Part shown: positions 33,164 to 44,383 of the stretch, one piece after another
Numbering within the stretch: the first letter of the stretch is position 1
Layout: every line of letters begins with the position of its first letter
Translations under genes and position numbers: made by a program
NCBI GenBank assembly: GCA_965644495.1
Contig: CBFFSA010000045.1
Location: 1 to 64,000 of the forward strand
DNA from: Perkinsela sp. CCAP 1560/9
Taxonomy: Eukaryota > Protista > Euglenozoa: Kinetoplastea
Length of the DNA: 64,000 nucleotides
Direction: 5' to 3'
Notes under the pieces: model-generated
Told to the model about the DNA's origin: nothing
The model's input: only the letters and a program-made list of their open reading frames with translations
Database searches by the model: none

Positions 33164-33886
33164 ATGGTTTTCGGCTCTAGATCCTGGAAGAAGGTATGCC
33201 AGGACTTAGATACTACCACCTACAAAGTACTCGAAGGAATTGAAGAAGGCACGGACCATTCTCCTCTCTCAGCTGATTCCGAACACATATACGTAGATGG
33301 GGCTGTCAGTTCAGAAGCAGGAAAACCAGCCGCGGGTTCGGGGATAGTTATTGTTAATTCAAATGGTGTAAGAACCAGACAACACTTTTTACCACCGGAA
33401 TGCACTTCACCGGATCGGGCTGAACTTCGCTCCTTTCTTTTAGGCATTCAGGCAGCTTCGTCTTCTACGAGGAACACAGTTATACATACTGATTCTCATT
33501 ATGTATGGGACTGGTATCATAATGTTAGGGTTCGTTTTTCAATCATTGGACACGGTGGCATGCCAAATGCTGACCTACTCACGCAGATACAAGGAGCAAT
33601 TAAAGAGCGTTGTACAGATAGTAGTCTCTACGTTATTAAAGTGCGGGCACACTGCGGGAATTCCTTCAATGAAAAAGCTGATGAAATAGCACGCAAAGCA
33701 CAGAGAACAGCTGCACGTCGTTTTTCATGCGTCATTCACACGCAAAGGGAGGGAAACAAATCTAATCACGGTCAAAAAAGGGAGCATGATCTCCAAGAAA
33801 AATCTCCACACAAAGTGAATAATAATAATAATAATAACAAAAGACTATACACATGCAACTTTCAACGTACACTCTCCTTAGCGTGA
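33164..33886 (+). CDS. RNase H ORF, unit 5
   Basis: Motifs intact. Confidence 0.55.
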   Translation: MVFGSRSWKKVCQDLDTTTYKVLEGIEEGTDHSPLSADSEHIYVDGAVSSEAGKPAAGSGIVIVNSNGVRTRQHFLPPECTSPDRAELRSFLLGIQAASSSTRNTVIHTDSHYVWDWYHNVRVRFSIIGHGGMPNADLLTQIQGAIKERCTDSSLYVIKVRAHCGNSFNEKADEIARKAQRTAARRFSCVIHTQREGNKSNHGQKREHDLQEKSPHKVNNNNNNNKRLYTCNFQRTLSLA

Positions 33887-33911
33887 ATATCTTGAATCTC
33901 ACAAATCCTAC

Positions 33912-34634
33912 ATGGTTTTCGGCTCTAGATCCTGGAAGAAGGTATGCCAGGACTTAGATACTACCACCTACAAAGTACTCGAAGGAATTGAAGAAGGCAC
34001 AGACAATTCTCCTCTCTCAGCTGATTCCGAACACATATACGTAGATGGGGCTGTCAGTTCAGAAGCAGGAAAACCAGCCGCGGGTTCGGGGATAGTTATT
34101 GTTAATTCAAATGGTGTAAGAACCAGACAACACTTTTTACCACCGGAATGCACTTCACCGGATCGGGCTGAACTTCGCTCCTTTCTTTTAGGCATTCAGG
34201 CAGCTTCGTCTTCTACGAGGAACACAGTTATACATACTGATTCTCATTATGTATGGGACTGGTATCATAATGTTAGGGTTCGTTTTTCAATCATTGGACA
34301 CGGTGGCATGCCAAATGCTGACCTACTCACGCAGATACAAGGAGCAATTAAAGAGCGTTGTACAGATAGTAGTCTCTACGTTATTAAAGTGCGGGCACAC
34401 TGCGGGAATTCCTTCAATGAAAAAGCTGATGAAATAGCACGCAAAGCACAGAGAACAGCTGCACGTCGTTTTTCATGCGTCATTCACACGCAAAGGGAGG
34501 GAAACAAATCTAATCACGGTCAAAAAAGGGAGCATGATCTCCAAGAAAAATCTCCACACAAAGTGAATAATAATAATAATAATAACAAAAGACTATACAC
34601 ATGCAACTTTCAACGTACACTCTCCTTAGCGTGA
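33912..34634 (+). CDS. RNase H ORF, unit 6
   Basis: Motifs intact. Confidence 0.55.
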   Translation: MVFGSRSWKKVCQDLDTTTYKVLEGIEEGTDNSPLSADSEHIYVDGAVSSEAGKPAAGSGIVIVNSNGVRTRQHFLPPECTSPDRAELRSFLLGIQAASSSTRNTVIHTDSHYVWDWYHNVRVRFSIIGHGGMPNADLLTQIQGAIKERCTDSSLYVIKVRAHCGNSFNEKADEIARKAQRTAARRFSCVIHTQREGNKSNHGQKREHDLQEKSPHKVNNNNNNNKRLYTCNFQRTLSLA

Positions 34635-34659
34635 ATATCTTGAATCTCACAAATCCTAC

Positions 34660-35382
34660 ATGGTTTTCGGCTCTAGATCCTGGAAGAAGGTATGCCAGGA
34701 CTTAGATACTACCACCTACAAAGTACTCGAAGGAATTGAAGAAGGCACGGACAATTCTCCTCTCTCAGCTGATTCCGAACACATATACGTAGATGGGGCT
34801 GTCAGTTCAGAAGCAGGAAAACCAGCCGCGGGTTCGGGGATAGTTATTGTTAATTCAAATGGTGTAAGAACCAGACAACACTTTTTACCACCGGAATGCA
34901 CTTCACCGGATCGGGCTGAACTTCGCTCCTTTCTTTTAGGCATTCAGGCAGCTTCGTCTTCTACGAGGAACACAGTTATACATACTGATTCTCATTATGT
35001 ATGGGACTGGTATCATAATGTTAGGGTTCGTTTTTCAATCATTGGACACGGTGGCATGCCAAATGCTGACCTACTCACGCAGATACAAGGAGCAATTAAA
35101 GAGCGTTGTACAGATAGTAGTCTCTACGTTATTAAAGTGCGGGCACACTGCGGGAATTCCTTCAATGAAAAAGCTGATGAAATAGCACGCAAAGCACAGA
35201 GAACAGCTGCACGTCGTTTTTCATGCGTCATTCACACGCAAAGGGAGGGAAACAAATCTAATCACGGTCAAAAAAGGGAGCATGATCTCCAAGAAAAATC
35301 TCCACACAAAGTGAATAATAATAATAATAATAACAAAAGACTATACACATGCAACTTTCAACGTACACTCTCCTTAGCGTGA
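34660..35382 (+). CDS. RNase H ORF, unit 7
   Basis: Motifs intact. Confidence 0.55.
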   Translation: MVFGSRSWKKVCQDLDTTTYKVLEGIEEGTDNSPLSADSEHIYVDGAVSSEAGKPAAGSGIVIVNSNGVRTRQHFLPPECTSPDRAELRSFLLGIQAASSSTRNTVIHTDSHYVWDWYHNVRVRFSIIGHGGMPNADLLTQIQGAIKERCTDSSLYVIKVRAHCGNSFNEKADEIARKAQRTAARRFSCVIHTQREGNKSNHGQKREHDLQEKSPHKVNNNNNNNKRLYTCNFQRTLSLA

Positions 35383-35407
35383 ATATCTTGAATCTCACAA
35401 ATCCTAC

Positions 35408-36130
35408 ATGGTTTTCGGCTCTAGATCCTGGAAGAAGGTATGCCAGGACTTAGATACTACCACCTACAAAGTACTCGAAGGAATTGAAGAAGGCACGGAC
35501 CATTCTCCTCTCTCAGCTGATTCCGAACACATATACGTAGATGGGGCTGTCAGTTCAGAAGCAGGAAAACCAGCCGCGGGTTCGGGGATAGTTATTGTTA
35601 ATTCAAATGGTGTAAGAACCAGACAACACTTTTTACCACCGGAATGCACTTCACCGGATCGGGCTGAACTTCGCTCCTTTCTTTTAGGCATTCAGGCAGC
35701 TTCGTCTTCTACGAGGAACACAGTTATACATACTGATTCTCATTATGTATGGGACTGGTATCATAATGTTAGGGTTCGTTTTTCAATCATTGGACACGGT
35801 GGCATGCCAAATGCTGACCTACTCACGCAGATACAAGGAGCAATTAAAGAGCGTTGTACAGATAGTAGTCTCTACGTTATTAAAGTGCGGGCACACTGCG
35901 GGAATTCCTTCAATGAAAAAGCTGATGAAATAGCACGCAAAGCACAGAGAACAGCTGCACGTCGTTTTTCATGCGTCATTCACACGCAAAGGGAGGGAAA
36001 CAAATCTAATCACGGTCAAAAAAGGGAGCATGATCTCCAAGAAAAATCTCCACACAAAGTGAATAATAATAATAATAATAACAAAAGACTATACACATGC
36101 AACTTTCAACGTACACTCTCCTTAGCGTGA
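35408..36130 (+). CDS. RNase H ORF, unit 8
   Basis: Motifs intact. Confidence 0.55.
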   Translation: MVFGSRSWKKVCQDLDTTTYKVLEGIEEGTDHSPLSADSEHIYVDGAVSSEAGKPAAGSGIVIVNSNGVRTRQHFLPPECTSPDRAELRSFLLGIQAASSSTRNTVIHTDSHYVWDWYHNVRVRFSIIGHGGMPNADLLTQIQGAIKERCTDSSLYVIKVRAHCGNSFNEKADEIARKAQRTAARRFSCVIHTQREGNKSNHGQKREHDLQEKSPHKVNNNNNNNKRLYTCNFQRTLSLA

Positions 36131-36155
36131 ATATCTTGAATCTCACAAATCCTAC

Positions 36156-36878
36156 ATGGTTTTCGGCTCTAGATCCTGGAAGAAGGTATGCCAGGACTTA
36201 GATACTACCACCTACAAAGTACTCGAAGGAATTGAAGAAGGCACAGACAATTCTCCTCTCTCAGCTGATTCCGAACACATATACGTAGATGGGGCTGTCA
36301 GTTCAGAAGCAGGAAAACCAGCCGCGGGTTCGGGGATAGTTATTGTTAATTCAAATGGTGTAAGAACCAGACAACACTTTTTACCACCGGAATGCACTTC
36401 ACCGGATCGGGCTGAACTTCGCTCCTTTCTTTTAGGCATTCAGGCAGCTTCGTCTTCTACGAGGAACACAGTTATACATACTGATTCTCATTATGTATGG
36501 GACTGGTATCATAATGTTAGGGTTCGTTTTTCAATCATTGGACACGGTGGCATGCCAAATGCTGACCTACTCACGCAGATACAAGGAGCAATTAAAGAGC
36601 GTTGTACAGATAGTAGTCTCTACGTTATTAAAGTGCGGGCACACTGCGGGAATTCCTTCAATGAAAAAGCTGATGAAATAGCACGCAAAGCACAGAGAAC
36701 AGCTGCACGTCGTTTTTCATGCGTCATTCACACGCAAAGGGAGGGAAACAAATCTAATCACGGTCAAAAAAGGGAGCATGATCTCCAAGAAAAATCTCCA
36801 CACAAAGTGAATAATAATAATAATAATAACAAAAGACTATACACATGCAACTTTCAACGTACACTCTCCTTAGCGTGA
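36156..36878 (+). CDS. RNase H ORF, unit 9
   Basis: Motifs intact. Confidence 0.55.
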   Translation: MVFGSRSWKKVCQDLDTTTYKVLEGIEEGTDNSPLSADSEHIYVDGAVSSEAGKPAAGSGIVIVNSNGVRTRQHFLPPECTSPDRAELRSFLLGIQAASSSTRNTVIHTDSHYVWDWYHNVRVRFSIIGHGGMPNADLLTQIQGAIKERCTDSSLYVIKVRAHCGNSFNEKADEIARKAQRTAARRFSCVIHTQREGNKSNHGQKREHDLQEKSPHKVNNNNNNNKRLYTCNFQRTLSLA

Positions 36879-36903
36879 ATATCTTGAATCTCACAAATCC
36901 TAC

Positions 36904-37626
36904 ATGGTTTTCGGCTCTAGATCCTGGAAGAAGGTATGCCAGGACTTAGATACTACCACCTACAAAGTACTCGAAGGAATTGAAGAAGGCACGGACAATT
37001 CTCCTCTCTCAGCTGATTCCGAACACATATACGTAGATGGGGCTGTCAGTTCAGAAGCAGGAAAACCAGCCGCGGGTTCGGGGATAGTTATTGTTAATTC
37101 AAATGGTGTAAGAACCAGACAACACTTTTTACCACCGGAATGCACTTCACCGGATCGGGCTGAACTTCGCTCCTTTCTTTTAGGCATTCAGGCAGCTTCG
37201 TCTTCTACGAGGAACACAGTTATACATACTGATTCTCATTATGTATGGGACTGGTATCATAATGTTAGGGTTCGTTTTTCAATCATTGGACACGGTGGCA
37301 TGCCAAATGCTGACCTACTCACGCAGATACAAGGAGCAATTAAAGAGCGTTGTACAGATAGTAGTCTCTACGTTATTAAAGTGCGGGCACACTGCGGGAA
37401 TTCCTTCAATGAAAAAGCTGATGAAATAGCACGCAAAGCACAGAGAACAGCTGCACGTCGTTTTTCATGCGTCATTCACACGCAAAGGGAGGGAAACAAA
37501 TCTAATCACGGTCAAAAAAGGGAGCATGATCTCCAAGAAAAATCTCCACACAAAGTGAATAATAATAATAATAATAACAAAAGACTATACACATGCAACT
37601 TTCAACGTACACTCTCCTTAGCGTGA
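36904..37626 (+). CDS. RNase H ORF, unit 10
   Basis: Motifs intact. Confidence 0.55.
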   Translation: MVFGSRSWKKVCQDLDTTTYKVLEGIEEGTDNSPLSADSEHIYVDGAVSSEAGKPAAGSGIVIVNSNGVRTRQHFLPPECTSPDRAELRSFLLGIQAASSSTRNTVIHTDSHYVWDWYHNVRVRFSIIGHGGMPNADLLTQIQGAIKERCTDSSLYVIKVRAHCGNSFNEKADEIARKAQRTAARRFSCVIHTQREGNKSNHGQKREHDLQEKSPHKVNNNNNNNKRLYTCNFQRTLSLA

Positions 37627-37651
37627 ATATCTTGAATCTCACAAATCCTAC

Positions 37652-38374
37652 ATGGTTTTCGGCTCTAGATCCTGGAAGAAGGTATGCCAGGACTTAGATA
37701 CTACCACCTACAAAGTACTCGAAGGAATTGAAGAAGGCACGGACCATTCTCCTCTCTCAGCTGATTCCGAACACATATACGTAGATGGGGCTGTCAGTTC
37801 AGAAGCAGGAAAACCAGCCGCGGGTTCGGGGATAGTTATTGTTAATTCAAATGGTGTAAGAACCAGACAACACTTTTTACCACCGGAATGCACTTCACCG
37901 GATCGGGCTGAACTTCGCTCCTTTCTTTTAGGCATTCAGGCAGCTTCGTCTTCTACGAGGAACACAGTTATACATACTGATTCTCATTATGTATGGGACT
38001 GGTATCATAATGTTAGGGTTCGTTTTTCAATCATTGGACACGGTGGCATGCCAAATGCTGACCTACTCACACAGATACAAGGAGCAATTAAAGAGCGTTG
38101 TACAGATAGTAGTCTCTACGTTATTAAAGTGCGGGCACACTGCGGGAATTCCTTCAATGAAAAAGCTGATGAAATAGCACGCAAAGCACAGAGAACAGCT
38201 GCACGTCGTTTTTCATGCGTCATTCACACGCAAAGGGAGGGAAACAAATCTAATCACGGTCAAAAAAGGGAGCATGATCTCCAAGAAAAATCTCCACACA
38301 AAGTGAATAATAATAATAATAATAACAAAAGACTATACACATGCAACTTTCAACGTACACTCTCCTTAGCGTGA
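37652..38374 (+). CDS. RNase H ORF, unit 11
   Basis: Motifs intact. Confidence 0.55.
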   Translation: MVFGSRSWKKVCQDLDTTTYKVLEGIEEGTDHSPLSADSEHIYVDGAVSSEAGKPAAGSGIVIVNSNGVRTRQHFLPPECTSPDRAELRSFLLGIQAASSSTRNTVIHTDSHYVWDWYHNVRVRFSIIGHGGMPNADLLTQIQGAIKERCTDSSLYVIKVRAHCGNSFNEKADEIARKAQRTAARRFSCVIHTQREGNKSNHGQKREHDLQEKSPHKVNNNNNNNKRLYTCNFQRTLSLA

Positions 38375-38399
38375 ATATCTTGAATCTCACAAATCCTAC

Positions 38400-39122
38400 A
38401 TGGTTTTCGGCTCTAGATCCTGGAAGAAGGTATGCCAGGACTTAGATACTACCACCTACAAAGTACTCGAAGGAATTGAAGAAGGCACAGACAATTCTCC
38501 TCTCTCAGCTGATTCCGAACACATATACGTAGATGGGGCTGTCAGTTCAGAAGCAGGAAAACCAGCCGCGGGTTCGGGGATAGTTATTGTTAATTCAAAT
38601 GGTGTAAGAACCAGACAACACTTTTTACCACCGGAATGCACTTCACCGGATCGGGCTGAACTTCGCTCCTTTCTTTTAGGCATTCAGGCAGCTTCGTCTT
38701 CTACGAGGAACACAGTTATACATACTGATTCTCATTATGTATGGGACTGGTATCATAATGTTAGGGTTCGTTTTTCAATCATTGGACACGGTGGCATGCC
38801 AAATGCTGACCTACTCACGCAGATACAAGGAGCAATTAAAGAGCGTTGTACAGATAGTAGTCTCTACGTTATTAAAGTGCGGGCACACTGCGGGAATTCC
38901 TTCAATGAAAAAGCTGATGAAATAGCACGCAAAGCACAGAGAACAGCTGCACGTCGTTTTTCATGCGTCATTCACACGCAAAGGGAGGGAAACAAATCTA
39001 ATCACGGTCAAAAAAGGGAGCATGATCTCCAAGAAAAATCTCCACACAAAGTGAATAATAATAATAATAATAACAAAAGACTATACACATGCAACTTTCA
39101 ACGTACACTCTCCTTAGCGTGA
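38400..39122 (+). CDS. RNase H ORF, unit 12
   Basis: Motifs intact. Confidence 0.55.
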   Translation: MVFGSRSWKKVCQDLDTTTYKVLEGIEEGTDNSPLSADSEHIYVDGAVSSEAGKPAAGSGIVIVNSNGVRTRQHFLPPECTSPDRAELRSFLLGIQAASSSTRNTVIHTDSHYVWDWYHNVRVRFSIIGHGGMPNADLLTQIQGAIKERCTDSSLYVIKVRAHCGNSFNEKADEIARKAQRTAARRFSCVIHTQREGNKSNHGQKREHDLQEKSPHKVNNNNNNNKRLYTCNFQRTLSLA

Positions 39123-39147
39123 ATATCTTGAATCTCACAAATCCTAC

Positions 39148-39870
39148 ATGGTTTTCGGCTCTAGATCCTGGAAGAAGGTATGCCAGGACTTAGATACTAC
39201 CACCTACAAAGTACTCGAAGGAATTGAAGAAGGCACGGACAATTCTCCTCTCTCAGCTGATTCCGAACACATATACGTAGATGGGGCTGTCAGTTCAGAA
39301 GCAGGAAAACCAGCCGCGGGTTCGGGGATAGTTATTGTTAATTCAAATGGTGTAAGAACCAGACAACACTTTTTACCACCGGAATGCACTTCACCGGATC
39401 GGGCTGAACTTCGCTCCTTTCTTTTAGGCATTCAGGCAGCTTCGTCTTCTACGAGGAACACAGTTATACATACTGATTCTCATTATGTATGGGACTGGTA
39501 TCATAATGTTAGGGTTCGTTTTTCAATCATTGGACACGGTGGCATGCCAAATGCTGACCTACTCACGCAGATACAAGGAGCAATTAAAGAGCGTTGTACA
39601 GATAGTAGTCTCTACGTTATTAAAGTGCGGGCACACTGCGGGAATTCCTTCAATGAAAAAGCTGATGAAATAGCACGCAAAGCACAGAGAACAGCTGCAC
39701 GTCGTTTTTCATGCGTCATTCACACGCAAAGGGAGGGAAACAAATCTAATCACGGTCAAAAAAGGGAGCATGATCTCCAAGAAAAATCTCCACACAAAGT
39801 GAATAATAATAATAATAATAACAAAAGACTATACACATGCAACTTTCAACGTACACTCTCCTTAGCGTGA
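39148..39870 (+). CDS. RNase H ORF, unit 13
   Basis: Motifs intact. Confidence 0.55.
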   Translation: MVFGSRSWKKVCQDLDTTTYKVLEGIEEGTDNSPLSADSEHIYVDGAVSSEAGKPAAGSGIVIVNSNGVRTRQHFLPPECTSPDRAELRSFLLGIQAASSSTRNTVIHTDSHYVWDWYHNVRVRFSIIGHGGMPNADLLTQIQGAIKERCTDSSLYVIKVRAHCGNSFNEKADEIARKAQRTAARRFSCVIHTQREGNKSNHGQKREHDLQEKSPHKVNNNNNNNKRLYTCNFQRTLSLA

Positions 39871-39895
39871 ATATCTTGAATCTCACAAATCCTAC

Positions 39896-40618
39896 ATGGT
39901 TTTCGGCTCTAGATCCTGGAAGAAGGTATGCCAGGACTTAGATACTACCACCTACAAAGTACTCGAAGGAATTGAAGAAGGCACGGACCATTCTCCTCTC
40001 TCAGCTGATTCCGAACACATATACGTAGATGGGGCTGTCAGTTCAGAAGCAGGAAAACCAGCCGCGGGTTCGGGGATAGTTATTGTTAATTCAAATGGTG
40101 TAAGAACCAGACAACACTTTTTACCACCGGAATGCACTTCACCGGATCGGGCTGAACTTCGCTCCTTTCTTTTAGGCATTCAGGCAGCTTCGTCTTCTAC
40201 GAGGAACACAGTTATACATACTGATTCTCATTATGTATGGGACTGGTATCATAATGTTAGGGTTCGTTTTTCAATCATTGGACACGGTGGCATGCCAAAT
40301 GCTGACCTACTCACGCAGATACAAGGAGCAATTAAAGAGCGTTGTACAGATAGTAGTCTCTACGTTATTAAAGTGCGGGCACACTGCGGGAATTCCTTCA
40401 ATGAAAAAGCTGATGAAATAGCACGCAAAGCACAGAGAACAGCTGCACGTCGTTTTTCATGCGTCATTCACACGCAAAGGGAGGGAAACAAATCTAATCA
40501 CGGTCAAAAAAGGGAGCATGATCTCCAAGAAAAATCTCCACACAAAGTGAATAATAATAATAATAATAACAAAAGACTATACACATGCAACTTTCAACGT
40601 ACACTCTCCTTAGCGTGA
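39896..40618 (+). CDS. RNase H ORF, unit 14
   Basis: Motifs intact. Confidence 0.55.
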   Translation: MVFGSRSWKKVCQDLDTTTYKVLEGIEEGTDHSPLSADSEHIYVDGAVSSEAGKPAAGSGIVIVNSNGVRTRQHFLPPECTSPDRAELRSFLLGIQAASSSTRNTVIHTDSHYVWDWYHNVRVRFSIIGHGGMPNADLLTQIQGAIKERCTDSSLYVIKVRAHCGNSFNEKADEIARKAQRTAARRFSCVIHTQREGNKSNHGQKREHDLQEKSPHKVNNNNNNNKRLYTCNFQRTLSLA

Positions 40619-40643
40619 ATATCTTGAATCTCACAAATCCTAC

Positions 40644-41366
40644 ATGGTTTTCGGCTCTAGATCCTGGAAGAAGGTATGCCAGGACTTAGATACTACCACC
40701 TACAAAGTACTCGAAGGAATTGAAGAAGGCACGGACAATTCTCCTCTCTCAGCTGATTCCGAACACATATACGTAGATGGGGCTGTCAGTTCAGAAGCAG
40801 GAAAACCAGCCGCGGGTTCGGGGATAGTTATTGTTAATTCAAATGGTGTAAGAACCAGACAACACTTTTTACCACCGGAATGCACTTCACCGGATCGGGC
40901 TGAACTTCGCTCCTTTCTTTTAGGCATTCAGGCAGCTTCGTCTTCTACGAGGAACACAGTTATACATACTGATTCTCATTATGTATGGGACTGGTATCAT
41001 AATGTTAGGGTTCGTTTTTCAATCATTGGACACGGTGGCATGCCAAATGCTGACCTACTCACGCAGATACAAGGAGCAATTAAAGAGCGTTGTACAGATA
41101 GTAGTCTCTACGTTATTAAAGTGCGGGCACACTGCGGGAATTCCTTCAATGAAAAAGCTGATGAAATAGCACGCAAAGCACAGAGAACAGCTGCACGTCG
41201 TTTTTCATGCGTCATTCACACGCAAAGGGAGGGAAACAAATCTAATCACGGTCAAAAAAGGGAGCATGATCTCCAAGAAAAATCTCCACACAAAGTGAAT
41301 AATAATAATAATAATAACAAAAGACTATACACATGCAACTTTCAACGTACACTCTCCTTAGCGTGA
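40644..41366 (+). CDS. RNase H ORF, unit 15
   Basis: Motifs intact. Confidence 0.55.
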   Translation: MVFGSRSWKKVCQDLDTTTYKVLEGIEEGTDNSPLSADSEHIYVDGAVSSEAGKPAAGSGIVIVNSNGVRTRQHFLPPECTSPDRAELRSFLLGIQAASSSTRNTVIHTDSHYVWDWYHNVRVRFSIIGHGGMPNADLLTQIQGAIKERCTDSSLYVIKVRAHCGNSFNEKADEIARKAQRTAARRFSCVIHTQREGNKSNHGQKREHDLQEKSPHKVNNNNNNNKRLYTCNFQRTLSLA

Positions 41367-41391
41367 ATATCTTGAATCTCACAAATCCTAC

Positions 41392-42114
41392 ATGGTTTTC
41401 GGCTCTAGATCCTGGAAGAAGGTATGCCAGGACTTAGATACTACCACCTACAAAGTACTCGAAGGAATTGAAGAAGGCACGGACCATTCTCCTCTCTCAG
41501 CTGATTCCGAACACATATACGTAGATGGGGCTGTCAGTTCAGAAGCAGGAAAACCAGCCGCGGGTTCGGGGATAGTTATTGTTAATTCAAATGGTGTAAG
41601 AACCAGACAACACTTTTTACCACCGGAATGCACTTCACCGGATCGGGCTGAACTTCGCTCCTTTCTTTTAGGCATTCAGGCAGCTTCGTCTTCTACGAGG
41701 AACACAGTTATACATACTGATTCTCATTATGTATGGGACTGGTATCATAATGTTAGGGTTCGTTTTTCAATCATTGGACACGGTGGCATGCCAAATGCTG
41801 ACCTACTCACGCAGATACAAGGAGCAATTAAAGAGCGTTGTACAGATAGTAGTCTCTACGTTATTAAAGTGCGGGCACACTGCGGGAATTCCTTCAATGA
41901 AAAAGCTGATGAAATAGCACGCAAAGCACAGAGAACAGCTGCACGTCGTTTTTCATGCGTCATTCACACGCAAAGGGAGGGAAACAAATCTAATCACGGT
42001 CAAAAAAGGGAGCATGATCTCCAAGAAAAATCTCCACACAAAGTGAATAATAATAATAATAATAACAAAAGACTATACACATGCAACTTTCAACGTACAC
42101 TCTCCTTAGCGTGA
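41392..42114 (+). CDS. RNase H ORF, unit 16
   Basis: Motifs intact. Confidence 0.55.
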   Translation: MVFGSRSWKKVCQDLDTTTYKVLEGIEEGTDHSPLSADSEHIYVDGAVSSEAGKPAAGSGIVIVNSNGVRTRQHFLPPECTSPDRAELRSFLLGIQAASSSTRNTVIHTDSHYVWDWYHNVRVRFSIIGHGGMPNADLLTQIQGAIKERCTDSSLYVIKVRAHCGNSFNEKADEIARKAQRTAARRFSCVIHTQREGNKSNHGQKREHDLQEKSPHKVNNNNNNNKRLYTCNFQRTLSLA

Positions 42115-42139
42115 ATATCTTGAATCTCACAAATCCTAC

Positions 42140-42862
42140 ATGGTTTTCGGCTCTAGATCCTGGAAGAAGGTATGCCAGGACTTAGATACTACCACCTACA
42201 AAGTACTCGAAGGAATTGAAGAAGGCACAGACAATTCTCCTCTCTCAGCTGATTCCGAACACATATACGTAGATGGGGCTGTCAGTTCAGAAGCAGGAAA
42301 ACCAGCCGCGGGTTCGGGGATAGTTATTGTTAATTCAAATGGTGTAAGAACCAGACAACACTTTTTACCACCGGAATGCACTTCACCGGATCGGGCTGAA
42401 CTTCGCTCCTTTCTTTTAGGCATTCAGGCAGCTTCGTCTTCTACGAGGAACACAGTTATACATACTGATTCTCATTATGTATGGGACTGGTATCATAATG
42501 TTAGGGTTCGTTTTTCAATCATTGGACACGGTGGCATGCCAAATGCTGACCTACTCACGCAGATACAAGGAGCAATTAAAGAGCGTTGTACAGATAGTAG
42601 TCTCTACGTTATTAAAGTGCGGGCACACTGCGGGAATTCCTTCAATGAAAAAGCTGATGAAATAGCACGCAAAGCACAGAGAACAGCTGCACGTCGTTTT
42701 TCATGCGTCATTCACACGCAAAGGGAGGGAAACAAATCTAATCACGGTCAAAAAAGGGAGCATGATCTCCAAGAAAAATCTCCACACAAAGTGAATAATA
42801 ATAATAATAATAACAAAAGACTATACACATGCAACTTTCAACGTACACTCTCCTTAGCGTGA
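42140..42862 (+). CDS. RNase H ORF, unit 17
   Basis: Motifs intact. Confidence 0.55.
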   Translation: MVFGSRSWKKVCQDLDTTTYKVLEGIEEGTDNSPLSADSEHIYVDGAVSSEAGKPAAGSGIVIVNSNGVRTRQHFLPPECTSPDRAELRSFLLGIQAASSSTRNTVIHTDSHYVWDWYHNVRVRFSIIGHGGMPNADLLTQIQGAIKERCTDSSLYVIKVRAHCGNSFNEKADEIARKAQRTAARRFSCVIHTQREGNKSNHGQKREHDLQEKSPHKVNNNNNNNKRLYTCNFQRTLSLA

Positions 42863-42887
42863 ATATCTTGAATCTCACAAATCCTAC

Positions 42888-43610
42888 ATGGTTTTCGGCT
42901 CTAGATCCTGGAAGAAGGTATGCCAGGACTTAGATACTACCACCTACAAAGTACTCGAAGGAATTGAAGAAGGCACGGACCATTCTCCTCTCTCAGCTGA
43001 TTCCGAACACATATACGTAGATGGGGCTGTCAGTTCAGAAGCAGGAAAACCAGCCGCGGGTTCGGGGATAGTTATTGTTAATTCAAATGGTGTAAGAACC
43101 AGACAACACGTTTTACCACCGGAATGCACTTCACCGGATCGGGCTGAACTTCGCTCCTTTCGTTTAGGCATTCAGGCAGCTTCGTCTTCTACGAGGAACA
43201 CAGTTATACATACTGATTCTCATTATGTATGGGACTGGTATCATAATGTTAGGGTTCGTTTTTCAATCATTGGATACGGTGGCATGCCAAATGCTGACCT
43301 ACTCACGCAGATACAAGGAGCAATTAAAGAGCGTTGTACAGATAGTAGTCTCTACGTTATTAAAGTGCGGGCACACTGCTGGAATTCCTTCAATGAAAAA
43401 GCTGATGAAATAGCACGCAAAGCACAGAGAACAGCTGCACGTCGTTTTTCATGCGTCATTCACACGCAAAGGGAGGGAAACAAATCTAATCACGGTCAAA
43501 AAAGGGAGCATGATCTCCAAGAAAAATCTCCACACAAAGTGAATAATAATAATAATAATAACAAAAGACTATACACATGCAACTTTCAACGTACACTCTC
43601 CTTAGCGTGA
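42888..43610 (+). CDS. RNase H ORF, unit 18 (L>R and G>W substitutions)
   Basis: Catalytic residues are present, but two substitutions are probably damaging. Confidence 0.45.
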   Translation: MVFGSRSWKKVCQDLDTTTYKVLEGIEEGTDHSPLSADSEHIYVDGAVSSEAGKPAAGSGIVIVNSNGVRTRQHVLPPECTSPDRAELRSFRLGIQAASSSTRNTVIHTDSHYVWDWYHNVRVRFSIIGYGGMPNADLLTQIQGAIKERCTDSSLYVIKVRAHCWNSFNEKADEIARKAQRTAARRFSCVIHTQREGNKSNHGQKREHDLQEKSPHKVNNNNNNNKRLYTCNFQRTLSLA

Positions 43611-43635
43611 ATATCTTGAATCTCACAAATCCTAC

Positions 43636-44358
43636 ATGGTTTTCGGCTCTAGATCCTGGAAGAAGGTATGCCAGGACTTAGATACTACCACCTACAAAGT
43701 ACTCGAAGGAATTGAAGAAGGCACGGACAATTCTCCTCTCTCAGCTGATTCCGAACACATATACGTAGATGGGGCTGTCAGTTCAGAAGCAGGAAAACCA
43801 GCCGCGGGTTCGGGGATAGTTATTGTTAATTCAAATGGTGTAAGAACCAGACAACACTTTTTACCACCGGAATGCACTTCACCGGATCGGGCTGAACTTC
43901 GCTCCTTTCTTTTAGGCATTCAGGCAGCTTCGTCTTCTACGAGGAACACAGTTATACATACTGATTCTCATTATGTATGGGACTGGTATCATAATGTTAG
44001 GGTTCGTTTTTCAATCATTGGACACGGTGGCATGCCAAATGCTGACCTACTCACGCAGATACAAGGAGCAATTAAAGAGCGTTGTACAGATAGTAGTCTC
44101 TACGTTATTAAAGTGCGGGCACACTGCGGGAATTCCTTCAATGAAAAAGCTGATGAAATAGCACGCAAAGCACAGAGAACAGCTGCACGTCGTTTTTCAT
44201 GCGTCATTCACACGCAAAGGGAGGGAAACAAATCTAATCACGGTCAAAAAAGGGAGCATGATCTCCAAGAAAAATCTCCACACAAAGTGAATAATAATAA
44301 TAATAATAACAAAAGACTATACACATGCAACTTTCAACGTACACTCTCCTTAGCGTGA
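43636..44358 (+). CDS. RNase H ORF, unit 19
   Basis: Motifs intact. Confidence 0.55.
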   Translation: MVFGSRSWKKVCQDLDTTTYKVLEGIEEGTDNSPLSADSEHIYVDGAVSSEAGKPAAGSGIVIVNSNGVRTRQHFLPPECTSPDRAELRSFLLGIQAASSSTRNTVIHTDSHYVWDWYHNVRVRFSIIGHGGMPNADLLTQIQGAIKERCTDSSLYVIKVRAHCGNSFNEKADEIARKAQRTAARRFSCVIHTQREGNKSNHGQKREHDLQEKSPHKVNNNNNNNKRLYTCNFQRTLSLA

Positions 44359-44383
44359 ATATCTTGAATCTCACAAATCCTAC